Shown here in pieces: positions 32,639-42,672 of a stretch of 64,000 bases of DNA. The stretch covers positions 992,001 to 1,056,000 of the forward strand of contig BROI01000004.1 in NCBI GenBank assembly GCA_027923505.1. Reading direction: 5' to 3'. The notes under the pieces were generated by a model that saw nothing but the letters and a program-made list of their open reading frames with translations, was not told where the DNA came from and did not search any database. How positions within the stretch are numbered: the stretch's first letter is position 1; the number at the start of each line of letters is the position of its first letter. This stretch comes from Mayamaea pseudoterrestris. Its lineage: Eukaryota. A program made the translations under genes and the position numbers.

Positions 32639-33808
32639 TTATTCATGCTTACTATACACTGACATGATCCGTGTAACCTGTTCAGACACACTTACAGCGT
32701 GGGTGTGGTAATCATCGAGATGGCAATATCCGTTGTTTATCCCAATCCAAAAATGCTCACACTGGGTTTTCAGCTCTTCAAGGTCACTACCAAACAAAGC
32801 CACGCGGCGGACATTCTTAATCAGCAGTTTTGAGAGAAACAGTGCACCTTGCTTTTGTAAGTTTTCGATGACCGTATCATCATTTATAAGGAATCGATTA
32901 TTCCAAGTTAAAGACACAATGCATCGTTCTTGCAATGTTGAGAGTTTTGAAACATTTTCAACTTTACTTAGCTCTGCTTCAGCATTGAGCAAGGACAGGG
33001 CAGCAGATGAGTAAATACGTGGCATGTAATCTTCCTTTGTCAGCTCATGAAATGTCTCCAAATCCAATGCCCTGTTGCAACAGACATAGCTGATTATTTT
33101 GCTGGTGTTGATGTTTGCTCCCCTGCGAGACGTGAACTTTTTGACGACGAGAATCCAAAACTGGGGTTCTGCAACTTCGACGAGCTTGCAATTTTGGTGA
33201 TTTATTTTTAAAAACTCATCAGCGCAGAAGCCTACCAAGACACCAAGGACTTGCTTATTCTCAAGAATGTAAGCATGATGGTAATACTCATGGCAGTTTG
33301 CCATACAGAGATTTTCCTTGATATAGTTCATGGTTTCCCAACGAAGCGAGTGTACATCAAAGTATTGACTAAGGAAATGCAAAGCAGTCGCCGAATGTGA
33401 CGTAAGTTCGAATGATTGCTGCGAAACGCCTTGATACTGGTAATCCAAAAAGTCAGGAAACGCGTCAGCGGCGATCTTTGGAAGTGCGATAACACTAGTT
33501 CTCGTTGACGATTCCTGAAAGTCCGAGTTATTGCGGCAAACCCGTTCAAAATACCCACACTTCCTAGGCCCAATGGTGAGTATGCACCGATGCACTTTAT
33601 ATTCAACCACTGTTGAGTCCGACAACTCGTCCTTGACTACAATCTGGATGGTCCAGTCGCTGTGACTGACTTCTGGATCACGGCGCCAGTGGAGATGAAC
33701 GTCTTCGCCATTCGCATCGTTTGGAGGCTGAATGTCGGCTTCATTGAGCTCGTCAAAGTTATCCCCCCAAAAAGTATTCTTTACTTGTGAATCATCGCTC
33801 TCCGTCAT
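32639..33808 (-). CDS. BTB/POZ-domain protein (diatom-type)
   Basis: WRRDPEVSHSDWTI..YKVHRCIL..YF..AFPDFLDYQY..ATALHFLSQYF. The MTESDD start is inferred. Confidence 0.85.
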   Translation of the reverse strand: MTESDDSQVKNTFWGDNFDELNEADIQPPNDANGEDVHLHWRRDPEVSHSDWTIQIVVKDELSDSTVVEYKVHRCILTIGPRKCGYFERVCRNNSDFQESSTRTSVIALPKIAADAFPDFLDYQYQGVSQQSFELTSHSATALHFLSQYFDVHSLRWETMNYIKENLCMANCHEYYHHAYILENKQVLGVLVGFCADEFLKINHQNCKLVEVAEPQFWILVVKKFTSRRGANINTSKIISYVCCNRALDLETFHELTKEDYMPRIYSSAALSLLNAEAELSKVENVSKLSTLQERCIVSLTWNNRFLINDDTVIENLQKQGALFLSKLLIKNVRRVALFGSDLEELKTQCEHFWIGINNGYCHLDDYHTHAVSVSEQVTRIMSVYSKHE

Positions 33809-34106
33809 GGCAATCAAGTGTACAAGCAGTAAGAAATGATAAGGGTGGGCATGTAGGTTGTCGAAGAATGAGATGTGAGAATGCCGTCGCGGCATGTCAG
33901 ACATTTGATTACCGGTACGACGGACCCTACTGCGCGGAGCTACCAGTGTAGGGACGACTATGTTGTACCTATGATGATGTCCATTCACATATTTTGAACG
34001 CAATAATCGAATAGGCATAAACCTAAATGCACTCAGAGTCACAAGATTTAACTTTATTTAACATTCATTAGCAGTGTGCATGTGCAAACGGTCACATGGA
34101 CTGCAC

Positions 34107-35606
34107 TCACTCACGCATCCGTTGATAATTCCGTTGACTTCGATTGGCACAATAGTTGCACGTTGCTGGACAAAACTCTCTCACCAAACCATACGCCGGC
34201 TGACAGTAAATGAGTTGAAAGGCAATGGACTGGTTGGCCAGCCACCGGCAGTTGCGCTTGGTGCCGTCAATGTCAAAGACAAAGTCCGAGTCCTTGCACT
34301 CTGCGGAAGGAGATGCACTGGGAAGTCGCGTTCGCGCGGGCTGCGTCGTGACTGTCAATGTCGGAGCTATTGTATTCGCAATTGGTTCCGTGGTCGGTAT
34401 GCTGGTGGGAAGCAGTGTTGGAGCTGCAAGAGATGGACTCGACGTTTCCGTCGATGGTTGCGCCGTCAAGGTAGTAGGTGCCATGGTTGGTGCGCTAGCC
34501 GCGGTCGGAGCCACTGTCGGAAAGAAAATGGGCAAATCTGTAAAGGGCGTCGGTGCTTTGCTGCTGCTGCTAGCAGATTTATTAGTCCGAAGTGCAACAC
34601 CAGCATAAATGGCCACTCCAATCATGGCCAGCACTATTACAGCGGCCAGGAAAATGACAAAGAAGCAGAGCCTCGATCGACGAGGCTCATAGTTTGACTG
34701 CATGTGCTTGTCTTCTTCCAGTTCTTGGTGACCCTTCTCAATGTCGTTCGCAGCGGGAGGCGCATTGGCGACGCTGCTGGCACTTTCTCTGGCTCTTGGT
34801 GGACCGCGATTGGAAAACAAAACAGTCGCGTCATCATCATCGGCCGCTGCAAGGCTTTCAGACACTTCGTCGCCGTCGGGAATGTTTTCGAACGAGTCAG
34901 TGTGCGTCTTGTCTTTTGGAATGGCACATTCGATAAAACTCGACGACGCAGTAGCAGTAGTAGCAGCAGTTCCAATCGTTACAGGAGATTCGGTTGCGCT
35001 ATCATTCAAATCAATTGTCTTGAGACTCGACAAGACTTCATGAATATCACTCTCCGTCATGTCGTCCAAACTATTGGACTTGTCGTAGTAGTCATGCTCA
35101 TCGTCGTGTCCGTCACTGAAGAGCAGCGGAGGTGCGGTGCTGTCCTGACCGTCGTGACTGTCCAGTTCCACCATGCGGGCCAAGTCGGTCGAAGCAGAAG
35201 CAAGACCCAAAAGGTTTAGTTCATCATGACCTTCAGAATCATTGTCGCTAGTGTGTAAATGCAGCTGCATGCCTCCTTCCGTTGAGGAATCGTCGGATGA
35301 CGACAAGTATGACTCGTCAAGGGTGTCGTCGCCGTCAAACGACTCGTGCGGTAGTTGACCGACAGCGCCACCAAATGGCGTCTCAAGGACAATGAGTCCG
35401 TCATCAACATCATCTCCATTCTCAAAGTTCTCCTTATCATTCTTGCTGCCACCGGAGTCGTGACCCTTCTCATCTAGTTTTGAAATACTTGGTGGTCGGC
35501 TGCCATTCGTGTTGGCAATGATGGCAGCTATCTCTTCATCGTCGCTGTCATCGCTTTGCATCTCATGATATCGCCTGGTATCTGCTTTAGTGGAAAACAA
35601 CTGCAT
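34107..35606 (-). CDS. single-pass membrane protein: acidic N-terminus, TM, PT-rich stalk, Cys-rich (ShK-like) C-terminal module
   Basis: TM LCFFVIFLAAVIVLAMIG; APT repeats; ECKDS..NCRWL..YC..CPATCNYC. Confidence 0.75.
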   Translation of the reverse strand: MQLFSTKADTRRYHEMQSDDSDDEEIAAIIANTNGSRPPSISKLDEKGHDSGGSKNDKENFENGDDVDDGLIVLETPFGGAVGQLPHESFDGDDTLDESYLSSSDDSSTEGGMQLHLHTSDNDSEGHDELNLLGLASASTDLARMVELDSHDGQDSTAPPLLFSDGHDDEHDYYDKSNSLDDMTESDIHEVLSSLKTIDLNDSATESPVTIGTAATTATASSSFIECAIPKDKTHTDSFENIPDGDEVSESLAAADDDDATVLFSNRGPPRARESASSVANAPPAANDIEKGHQELEEDKHMQSNYEPRRSRLCFFVIFLAAVIVLAMIGVAIYAGVALRTNKSASSSSKAPTPFTDLPIFFPTVAPTAASAPTMAPTTLTAQPSTETSSPSLAAPTLLPTSIPTTEPIANTIAPTLTVTTQPARTRLPSASPSAECKDSDFVFDIDGTKRNCRWLANQSIAFQLIYCQPAYGLVREFCPATCNYCANRSQRNYQRMRE

Positions 35607-36141
35607 GACTGCTCTTTAAGATGTCAATTGAGTTGCTGTTGCTTGCGCGACGAGGTCGGCTGCTTCTGCAGCAGGTCATCAATCGAAAACCCTCGTGCAA
35701 TGGTCCGTTTCCCGATTTTCCCGGCGGGCGGCGAGTTACATAGCCGATTAGAGTTCGCAATAACATTCAACGGAAATAAAAACTGCCCAAAAATGGCTGA
35801 AACATCTTCGGCGAGCGAGCCGGCATCGAGACGCTCTCGTTTTCCAAGCAAAAAGGCATCGCTGCGATTTGATGAACACATTCGCGGGGCGGGGAGGTGG
35901 CAGGATCTATGGTTTCACAAAGCCTGCAAATACTTCTGCGCGCTCCGCGCGCACAAACACTGCCAAATAGTAGAGACCGTAAAAGCAACCGATTGATGGA
36001 TTAATGCCAACAATATTCTTCTCTATACCAAAGGACATGTCTAGAGATTGCAGTAATTGAGTGGCAGTTAATGGATCTTTGAAAGCATACTCCTAAAGTA
36101 AAGCAATGTGTTTTGAGATAGCTAACACGGTCATTGTAGGG

Positions 36142-36505
36142 GTCATTGCATGCACCCAAAGCCCGACGTAAAATGCGTCGCAGTGGCAGCATGACAAACA
36201 CATTCGCGGAGCGGGGAGGTGGTACCGGTAGGATCAATGGATTAACTTAGAACAATGGCTGTCGCGCGCTTCGCGCGCGCAACTACAACTAGTCGGGATG
36301 CCTCTTGAGTTGCAGGTTGTGCATGAGATTGATTTTAGGTGCATGGGTGAAGTGGACAGATGATGGGTCCAAAGGCTTTCACGCGCTTTGCGCGCGCTAA
36401 CACAACTGCTAGGCAATGGCCACACTACAGAGCAGTTTTGAGGTCCTTCATAGCCAGTCATTGCATGCGCCCAAAGCCTGACGTGATATCTGTCGCAGTG
36501 GCAGC
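36142..36505 (+). repeat. diverged ~49-bp direct repeat (36142-36190 and 36457-36505)
   Basis: gtcattgcatgc(a/g)cccaaagcc(c/t)gacgt...gtcgcagtggcagc occurs twice. Confidence 0.85.
36263..36412 (+). mobile_element. two tandem Helitron-like 3' termini (GC hairpin then CTAG)
   Basis: cgcgcgc-ttc-gcgcgcg, 9 nt, CTAG|T (36263-36293). A decayed copy reads cacgcgc-ttt-gcgcgcg...CTAG (36380-36412). Confidence 0.55.
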
Positions 36506-36623
36506 CTTCCAATTAATGTCGTGAAGCATGTTCGGATAGATCCTACCACAAAAACATCTTCCTCTTCTAGTTCCATCGTTGACGAAACATTGCTTCCTGG
36601 GTTCCCATTCAGTCCAAAGTAGA

Positions 36624-37874
36624 ATGTTGTCAATACATCGATATCATATTTTTGCCTTTGCGGCTCTGATTTTCGTCGCCACCGGAAGAGCATCCGCCGA
36701 AATGCTCACCGCTTTGCCAACATGCAACCTTGATTGCCAAAATGGCGGCACTTGTATTCTACTTTCCAGCGATATATCAGTTCTGCAACGAAACATGCAG
36801 CAGGGGGACCTCATTATGGAGTGCGTATGTCCATTGCAGTGGGGAGGATTAACCTGTGACATTCCTCGAGCCACATGCACAGTGGAACACAAGTGTCCCT
36901 TGAGCGGCGCGCCTTGCGATTTGCAAAACGACGGCAAGTACTTGTGCACAACGGATGACTGCGAGTACGCCAAGGCGATGGGAGACTTGGCGGCCAAAAT
37001 GTGTCGTGAACCGTACACCGAGTACTGTCCCGGTAGCAACGAAAGTGCGAGCAGCGCCACCGGCACGGAGCTGCAATTTTGCACCAATGGAGGCAAGTGC
37101 CAGAGCACCATTTTGACGTCCCGGCAAGTTACTTCGCAGTCAACGGATGATTACCAAACTGTCACCGAGCAGTATCAGCTACAGCAGAGTTACGAGGAAG
37201 GGTGTGTGTGCGCTAATCACTTTAACGGACCGCACTGCGAAATTATGGAGTGGGAGGATGCGATGGAAAACGACAGCGAAAGCCAGACACTTCCAGTCAC
37301 TATTGCTGCAGTAACTGGAGTTTTGGCACTGCTCTTGGGTATACTCATGGCCTGTCGATGCGTATGCCAGCGACGAAAGGGATTGCGCCCACTCGATGCA
37401 AAGGAATTGATTTATTATGATGCGACTGGCTATCTCGAAGAAGATGAATCCGTGTTTCCTCAGTATCAACCAGATCAGTATACGGACGCACTTGGCTCGC
37501 ATCCGCAGTACGATGCATCGTTCAACAAAGGATCAAGCGGCTATGGCGGAGCTTCATTTAAGAGTTATGCTAACGATGGTGCTGCGCGGGCTAGCCTTCA
37601 ATTCAGCAACGAAGTGCCAGATGCGAGGACACGAAGAGCCCTGAACGCGTCGCGAAGAGTCGAAGCGACATGTATTTCATCCCAATTTGATGCCGGTCTT
37701 GTCATGCCCTCTCATGCCAGTGCAACAGACCCATGTTTGTTGACTGACGCGGACTACCGCGACTCGACAGGTCGAAATGCTGACCTCAACAGCGAGCACT
37801 CCCAAACCACGTCGAGATGGGACTTGACTCATGGAGATGACTCGTCAAGCAATAATGGTTTGGAACTAAGTTAG
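36624..37874 (+). CDS. type I membrane protein with EGF-like domains
   Basis: Signal peptide; CNLDCQNGGTC..CVCP..GLTC; FCTNGGKC..CVC..GPHCE; TM followed by RRK. Confidence 0.85.
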   Translation: MLSIHRYHIFAFAALIFVATGRASAEMLTALPTCNLDCQNGGTCILLSSDISVLQRNMQQGDLIMECVCPLQWGGLTCDIPRATCTVEHKCPLSGAPCDLQNDGKYLCTTDDCEYAKAMGDLAAKMCREPYTEYCPGSNESASSATGTELQFCTNGGKCQSTILTSRQVTSQSTDDYQTVTEQYQLQQSYEEGCVCANHFNGPHCEIMEWEDAMENDSESQTLPVTIAAVTGVLALLLGILMACRCVCQRRKGLRPLDAKELIYYDATGYLEEDESVFPQYQPDQYTDALGSHPQYDASFNKGSSGYGGASFKSYANDGAARASLQFSNEVPDARTRRALNASRRVEATCISSQFDAGLVMPSHASATDPCLLTDADYRDSTGRNADLNSEHSQTTSRWDLTHGDDSSSNNGLELS

Positions 37875-37984
37875 CTAAAGATCATTGTAGTGATCGGTAG
37901 CGCAATTAGCGGTTGTTCCCATCGACAACATTGTTTCAACTGAAATTTAATCTTACATTTGCTTCAACTTTACTTTAACTATTG

Positions 37985-39339
37985 TTACAAAAAGTAATCT
38001 GGAGTCTTGCGCGTTGAGTTCGGCTCGCCTCGTCGTGGAGCCGGATCAAACTGCAGAAACTGCTGATGGCGCAGATCCTCATCCACTTCCAAAATCGCCG
38101 CTTGGTTACCGCATCGATAGCAATAGTTGGGCGCCGAAAAGATTGTCACCACTTGCCCCTCGTGGCTCCAGTTGTATCCCTCCATGACCAACTGATGCGC
38201 CCGCGCCACTGTCGAAAGTCCATTGCGCTGGTTAAAGGCGGCGGAAATGTCACTGCCAAAGGTGAATCCAGCTCCTCGCGGCGAAATGCCCCAACCGGAT
38301 CGGTCGTCAGGATCCGACCAAAGCAAATCACATTGGGGACCTTCGTGTGGAACCTCCTGAACACGATCCAGCTGTCTTATGTGATCCAGCGTGTCAATGG
38401 ACGGAGACAGTCCACCATGCAGACAGAAAATGGCGTGATCAACCACGGCAGTGAGCGGAAAGTAGTCGAATAAATCCGTAAACAGTTTCCAAACGTTTGC
38501 AGAACCGTACTTGCGGACGCACTCGTCGTAGAATCCGTAGACTTGCGTAATTTGTCGACTCTCGTGGTTGCCGCGCAAAATAAAGACGCGGTCAGGGTAG
38601 CGTACCTTGAGGCAGACCAAGAGCGACACTGTCTCGACCGAGTAGTAGCCCCGATCAACGTAATCACCTAAAGTGAGGGATGAACAGTTGACATGAGTAT
38701 AAAATTGTTGTCGATTTATGAAACAAAGCAAACCATGCGTTTCAACAAGCGTTGTTACGCCAAACACTGTGCTCATCCAAGACTAAAAGTTTTGACTCGG
38801 AAACAACGCACTACTCACCCATGAATACGTAATTCGTAGAGGGCGCGCTTCCTCCTATCTGAAAGAGCTCCATCAAGTCATGCCATTGTCCCTACATTGG
38901 AAGTGGAGGGGTGAAGATGAAAGTTAGTCATGCAATGCATGTTTCGCAACGTCAAATGTCTCTCACGCCGAGTTCGTCAACACCAAGCAAGTACAGCCAA
39001 ACATATATAGAAATGTTCATTGTTTCATAAACATACATGAATGTCTCCACAAATCGTGACTGGCGCTCGGACGGGCTGCACGTTGGATTCCTGCAGGAGC
39101 CGCTCCCTAGCCAGTTCCGTCAGCGCCTTGACCTCCGACTCGGTGAGGGGCGTTCCCTGCGTCAGTTTCGCGAGCCACGCCTCCAAGTCGTGGTATGACC
39201 GTTCGGGGTCCATGGATGATGATGAAGCTGATTGCATGGGTGGTGGTGGGGGAGGTGGTGGGGGAGCACTGAGCGTCGAAGATCCGGATGGCGATTTGCT
39301 GCCTTGTTCTGCTGAAGTTGGTCCGGCTGCGTCACTCAT
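37985..39339 (-). CDS. PPP2C: serine/threonine protein phosphatase 2A catalytic subunit; exons 39339-39037, 38891-38819, 38667-37985
   Basis: GDIHG, GDYVDRG, RGNHE, SAPNYC, C-terminal TPDYFL; both GT-AG introns restore the frame. Confidence 0.95.
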
Positions 39340-39627
39340 GTCTGCTGCAGCTGATCGTCAATAGAATAGGATTTGCGCAAATCTGCAATTGCGAGGGAAT
39401 AATTTCTGTACTTCGTTCTTGTCGCAGACGCGGTAGTATACTAATTACAAGAGAGGGACGAGCGGCTGCGATCCGTTTTTGTCTCCATGGTCGGCGCGCT
39501 GCTTGCAATCTCCGGGTCTTTTAGTTGTTTTCAAAGTCGCTTATGATCGCACCGGTTTTCGTTTGCATCGAGTGCGTCGGTCGACCAACACAAATCCATC
39601 TCATTCTTCACTTGAGAGGAAGCCATC

Positions 39628-42600
39628 ATGCTTGCTTCTACTAGACTGCAAGCAGTATATTTATGCTTACTTTCTTGTTCATTATGGCAATATGAGGCTT
39701 CCGCTTTTCACTTTCCGCTTTCGTTAGCTCGGTCAAGCAGTCGACTCTCGGCAGCATCGGGCTCATCCTCAACACCGTCTTCATTGGATCCCATTGCCTT
39801 TGGCGCGGGCGCATCCACAAAGTCGGATCTGGTTCAAGCCATTACGGAAGCAGTTTCATTGGCGTTGGATTCCTTGCCGCGCCACGCTCGTGCGATTGAC
39901 TTGGGACTGGTATCCGTGTCGAGCTTGTACGACGGAGGCATTCATCCAGTTTCCACCACTGTTGTTCCGGCGATACTAGCGGCGTTGCAAGTATATCATG
40001 ATGATCAAACGAAAAACAACAACCAGCAATCTACCAATAATGAACCGTATACATTGAAGAATCTCATGGGATCTACAGTGGCGGGTTGCATTGCCAGCGT
40101 TCCCAGTCGCCAACCATCATCGTCGTCATTTTCAAAAGCCGACGCATCCACTGCCTTTGTAACTCGCGCCTGCCAACCCATCGAGTACGAAGGCGTTCCC
40201 GCCGTGTCCATTACTCTGTGCGTATTGCCGGATTGTAGCGCCAGAGTCTTTCACGTATCGGCGGCTGACCTGCCGGACGATCCGGATGGACAAGTGAGTC
40301 TCGACGAGTGGAAGCGCATTGTTGGACTCAAGGGGTTTGGTGATGATGATGATGATGATGATAATAATAGTAATGACAACAAAGACGCGGCGCCGCCCAG
40401 CTTTCTACTCGTTCCTCATCCCGCCTTTGCCACGGACTTGGACGATTTCTTGTCCAGTCTCGCCACCTACTTTCCAAACTCGCCCTGCGTGGGAGGGATC
40501 GCCTCCACTGTGTCGTCTTTATCGCGCGCCAAGCTCTTTTTGTACGCGCCCGGAGCATCCACGACGTGTCACGCGGATGGCTGCGTCGGCGTGGCGCTTT
40601 GTGGCGACGTGCGGCTGGAGCAACGCACGGCGCTCGGCGCCAAGCCCGTGGGAGGCATTTACCAAATCGTCAAGGGACAAGATGCGACCATTAACGCCAT
40701 TGTGTTGGATGAGACGGCCACGGAAGCACTTCATGATGAGGAAGATGATGATGATGATGATAGTTTGGAGGAGACGGAGGAAAATGAAGCTGACATGACC
40801 AAGAAGGAACGGTTGATTGCGTCCTACGCCAAGGCTCGCATTCCGAAGCCACCACTCGCCGAAGCAAACTTTGTCATGCGCACGCTTTCGGACGATGACC
40901 AAGCATTCATGCGTCGCGTACTGCTCGTGGGACTAGACCAGGGCGCCGGAGGCATTGGAAGGACGGCGTCGGAACTGGCACGGTTGGCGCAGGGCGAAGG
41001 ACATCGGTTCACGGTCAAGCAAGTGGCAAGTGGCGGCATGAAGGATGGCAGTGTCACGTTCCCGTTGGGGAGTGTTAACATCAAAGCCGGTACTCGAATG
41101 CGATTCTTTGTGCGTGAGAGTAGCTTTGCCAAGAAGGAGATTAAGGCATTGTGGACTGGATATAAAAAGTCTATTTTGGATGAGCAGTTTCAGTCGTCGA
41201 ATGGTGCAAGCAGCACTATATTTGAGCCTGCTGCGTGCTTTGTGATACCTACACTCGACAGAGGCAATAAATTCTTTCTGGGAAAGGCAGGATATGAGAG
41301 CAATGCAGTGGCGACGTCACTTCCAGGCGTCCCATGTATTGCTGGATTCTTTTCAAACGGAGTTATTGGACAGATTGATAAATCAGAGAACAAAAAAGTC
41401 GGCGTTCAGGGAAGTGCTTCGAGCTATATTTTGATTGGAAGTCGATCTGGTCGGCCAATCTACTCACCGGCAAGTGCGGCATCTGACGAGGCCTCGGAAC
41501 AGATACGACTGGCGGCGCAGAAAGCCGAGGCGACGAGATTGGCAGCAGAGGATGAAAAGCGACAACAACGAATGAAAACTCATACTGTCGGTGAAAGTGA
41601 AGCTGCGCCGCGGAACGAGCAGGGTGAACTGATATTAAAGCGACGAGAGGTGCATGCTGGTCGCGCCCTTACGGTATCCACAGTCGAATGGAGTGTTGCT
41701 GAGAAAACAGCGAAACCTTCCAGTGTTTTGGAAGGATATATGTGGGACAAGGAGACTGAGGTTGATCGATTTCGGGAGCGAGTTCCATTGGCCAATCTCG
41801 TGTCGCAGTGTCGCCTCTCGGCAAGTGACCCTGCTGCTGTTAAACCGCGAGACTGGCTGAAACCTTTGACTGATGCTATTGCGTCCGATGGATTCGTTAT
41901 CATTCCGGAACTAAAACGATCGGAGCCAACTATTGGCTCCATTCGGAAAAAATACGATTTGAACAAACTCACCAAGATCTTTGTCGAAGCGAAGGTTCCT
42001 GTATTGTGTGTAAACTGCGATCAGATATTATTTGGCGGTTCGCTGGACGACGTTTCGACCGTCCGACAAGCAGCTACTACTGCCGCTATCGACCAAGCAT
42101 CAGAGGACGGGGTAGTGGTGCCGCCGCTATTGGCATCTGATCTTTTGTTGTACCCGTATCAGCTCTACAAACTTCGCTTGGCTGGAGCTGACGCAGTAAA
42201 CCTTATTGTTGGCGCCTTGGAAAAGAAAGATTTGATATATCTGACGAAGATTGCCTCCACTCTACAACTGCAATGCCTTGCAACAGTCACTTCCGAGATT
42301 CAGATACAGAATCTTTCAGTTTTAACAAAAGGTGGTATTGCAGGAGTCATTGTTTCAAATCGAGAATTGGAGGATTTCTCGTTTGACATGTCGGGTGAAC
42401 AAGCTCTGCGATTATTGAAAAGCGACGCTTTGAAATCCTGTCTTGAGACTCACGGCTCGGATATTCCCGTGCTCGTCGAAGGTCGCGTGGGTATGATCAC
42501 GCGAAGAGACTCCAGTGGGACGGAGACGACGCGTGCCTACCTCGATGAGCTCAAGGCAGCAGGCGCCAACGCTGCCATTGTTGGCGGAGGTCTTGCGATC

Positions 42601-42651
42601 GAAGGAAGCGATACCGCGCAGCTACTGGAATCACTTCGCGCTACTGTATAA
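39628..42651 (+). CDS. plastid-targeted FIST-N/FIST-C + IGPS(TrpC)-like TIM-barrel fusion
   Basis: Signal peptide ending EASA-F; FIST-like GSTVAGCI, VGGIAS, GCVGVAL, GAKPVG, GTRMRFFVRE, GFFSNGVIG; IGPS-like IIPELKRSEP, FGGSLDDV, YPYQLY..RLAGADAVNLIV, SNRELEDF. Confidence 0.8.
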   Translation: MLASTRLQAVYLCLLSCSLWQYEASAFHFPLSLARSSSRLSAASGSSSTPSSLDPIAFGAGASTKSDLVQAITEAVSLALDSLPRHARAIDLGLVSVSSLYDGGIHPVSTTVVPAILAALQVYHDDQTKNNNQQSTNNEPYTLKNLMGSTVAGCIASVPSRQPSSSSFSKADASTAFVTRACQPIEYEGVPAVSITLCVLPDCSARVFHVSAADLPDDPDGQVSLDEWKRIVGLKGFGDDDDDDDNNSNDNKDAAPPSFLLVPHPAFATDLDDFLSSLATYFPNSPCVGGIASTVSSLSRAKLFLYAPGASTTCHADGCVGVALCGDVRLEQRTALGAKPVGGIYQIVKGQDATINAIVLDETATEALHDEEDDDDDDSLEETEENEADMTKKERLIASYAKARIPKPPLAEANFVMRTLSDDDQAFMRRVLLVGLDQGAGGIGRTASELARLAQGEGHRFTVKQVASGGMKDGSVTFPLGSVNIKAGTRMRFFVRESSFAKKEIKALWTGYKKSILDEQFQSSNGASSTIFEPAACFVIPTLDRGNKFFLGKAGYESNAVATSLPGVPCIAGFFSNGVIGQIDKSENKKVGVQGSASSYILIGSRSGRPIYSPASAASDEASEQIRLAAQKAEATRLAAEDEKRQQRMKTHTVGESEAAPRNEQGELILKRREVHAGRALTVSTVEWSVAEKTAKPSSVLEGYMWDKETEVDRFRERVPLANLVSQCRLSASDPAAVKPRDWLKPLTDAIASDGFVIIPELKRSEPTIGSIRKKYDLNKLTKIFVEAKVPVLCVNCDQILFGGSLDDVSTVRQAATTAAIDQASEDGVVVPPLLASDLLLYPYQLYKLRLAGADAVNLIVGALEKKDLIYLTKIASTLQLQCLATVTSEIQIQNLSVLTKGGIAGVIVSNRELEDFSFDMSGEQALRLLKSDALKSCLETHGSDIPVLVEGRVGMITRRDSSGTETTRAYLDELKAAGANAAIVGGGLAIEGSDTAQLLESLRATV

Positions 42652-42672
42652 TAGAATGTATATATATCGTGC

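Noticed and set aside
40340..40380. (GAT)n/(AAT)n runs
   Set aside because: Ordinary poly-Asp/Asn coding microsatellites.
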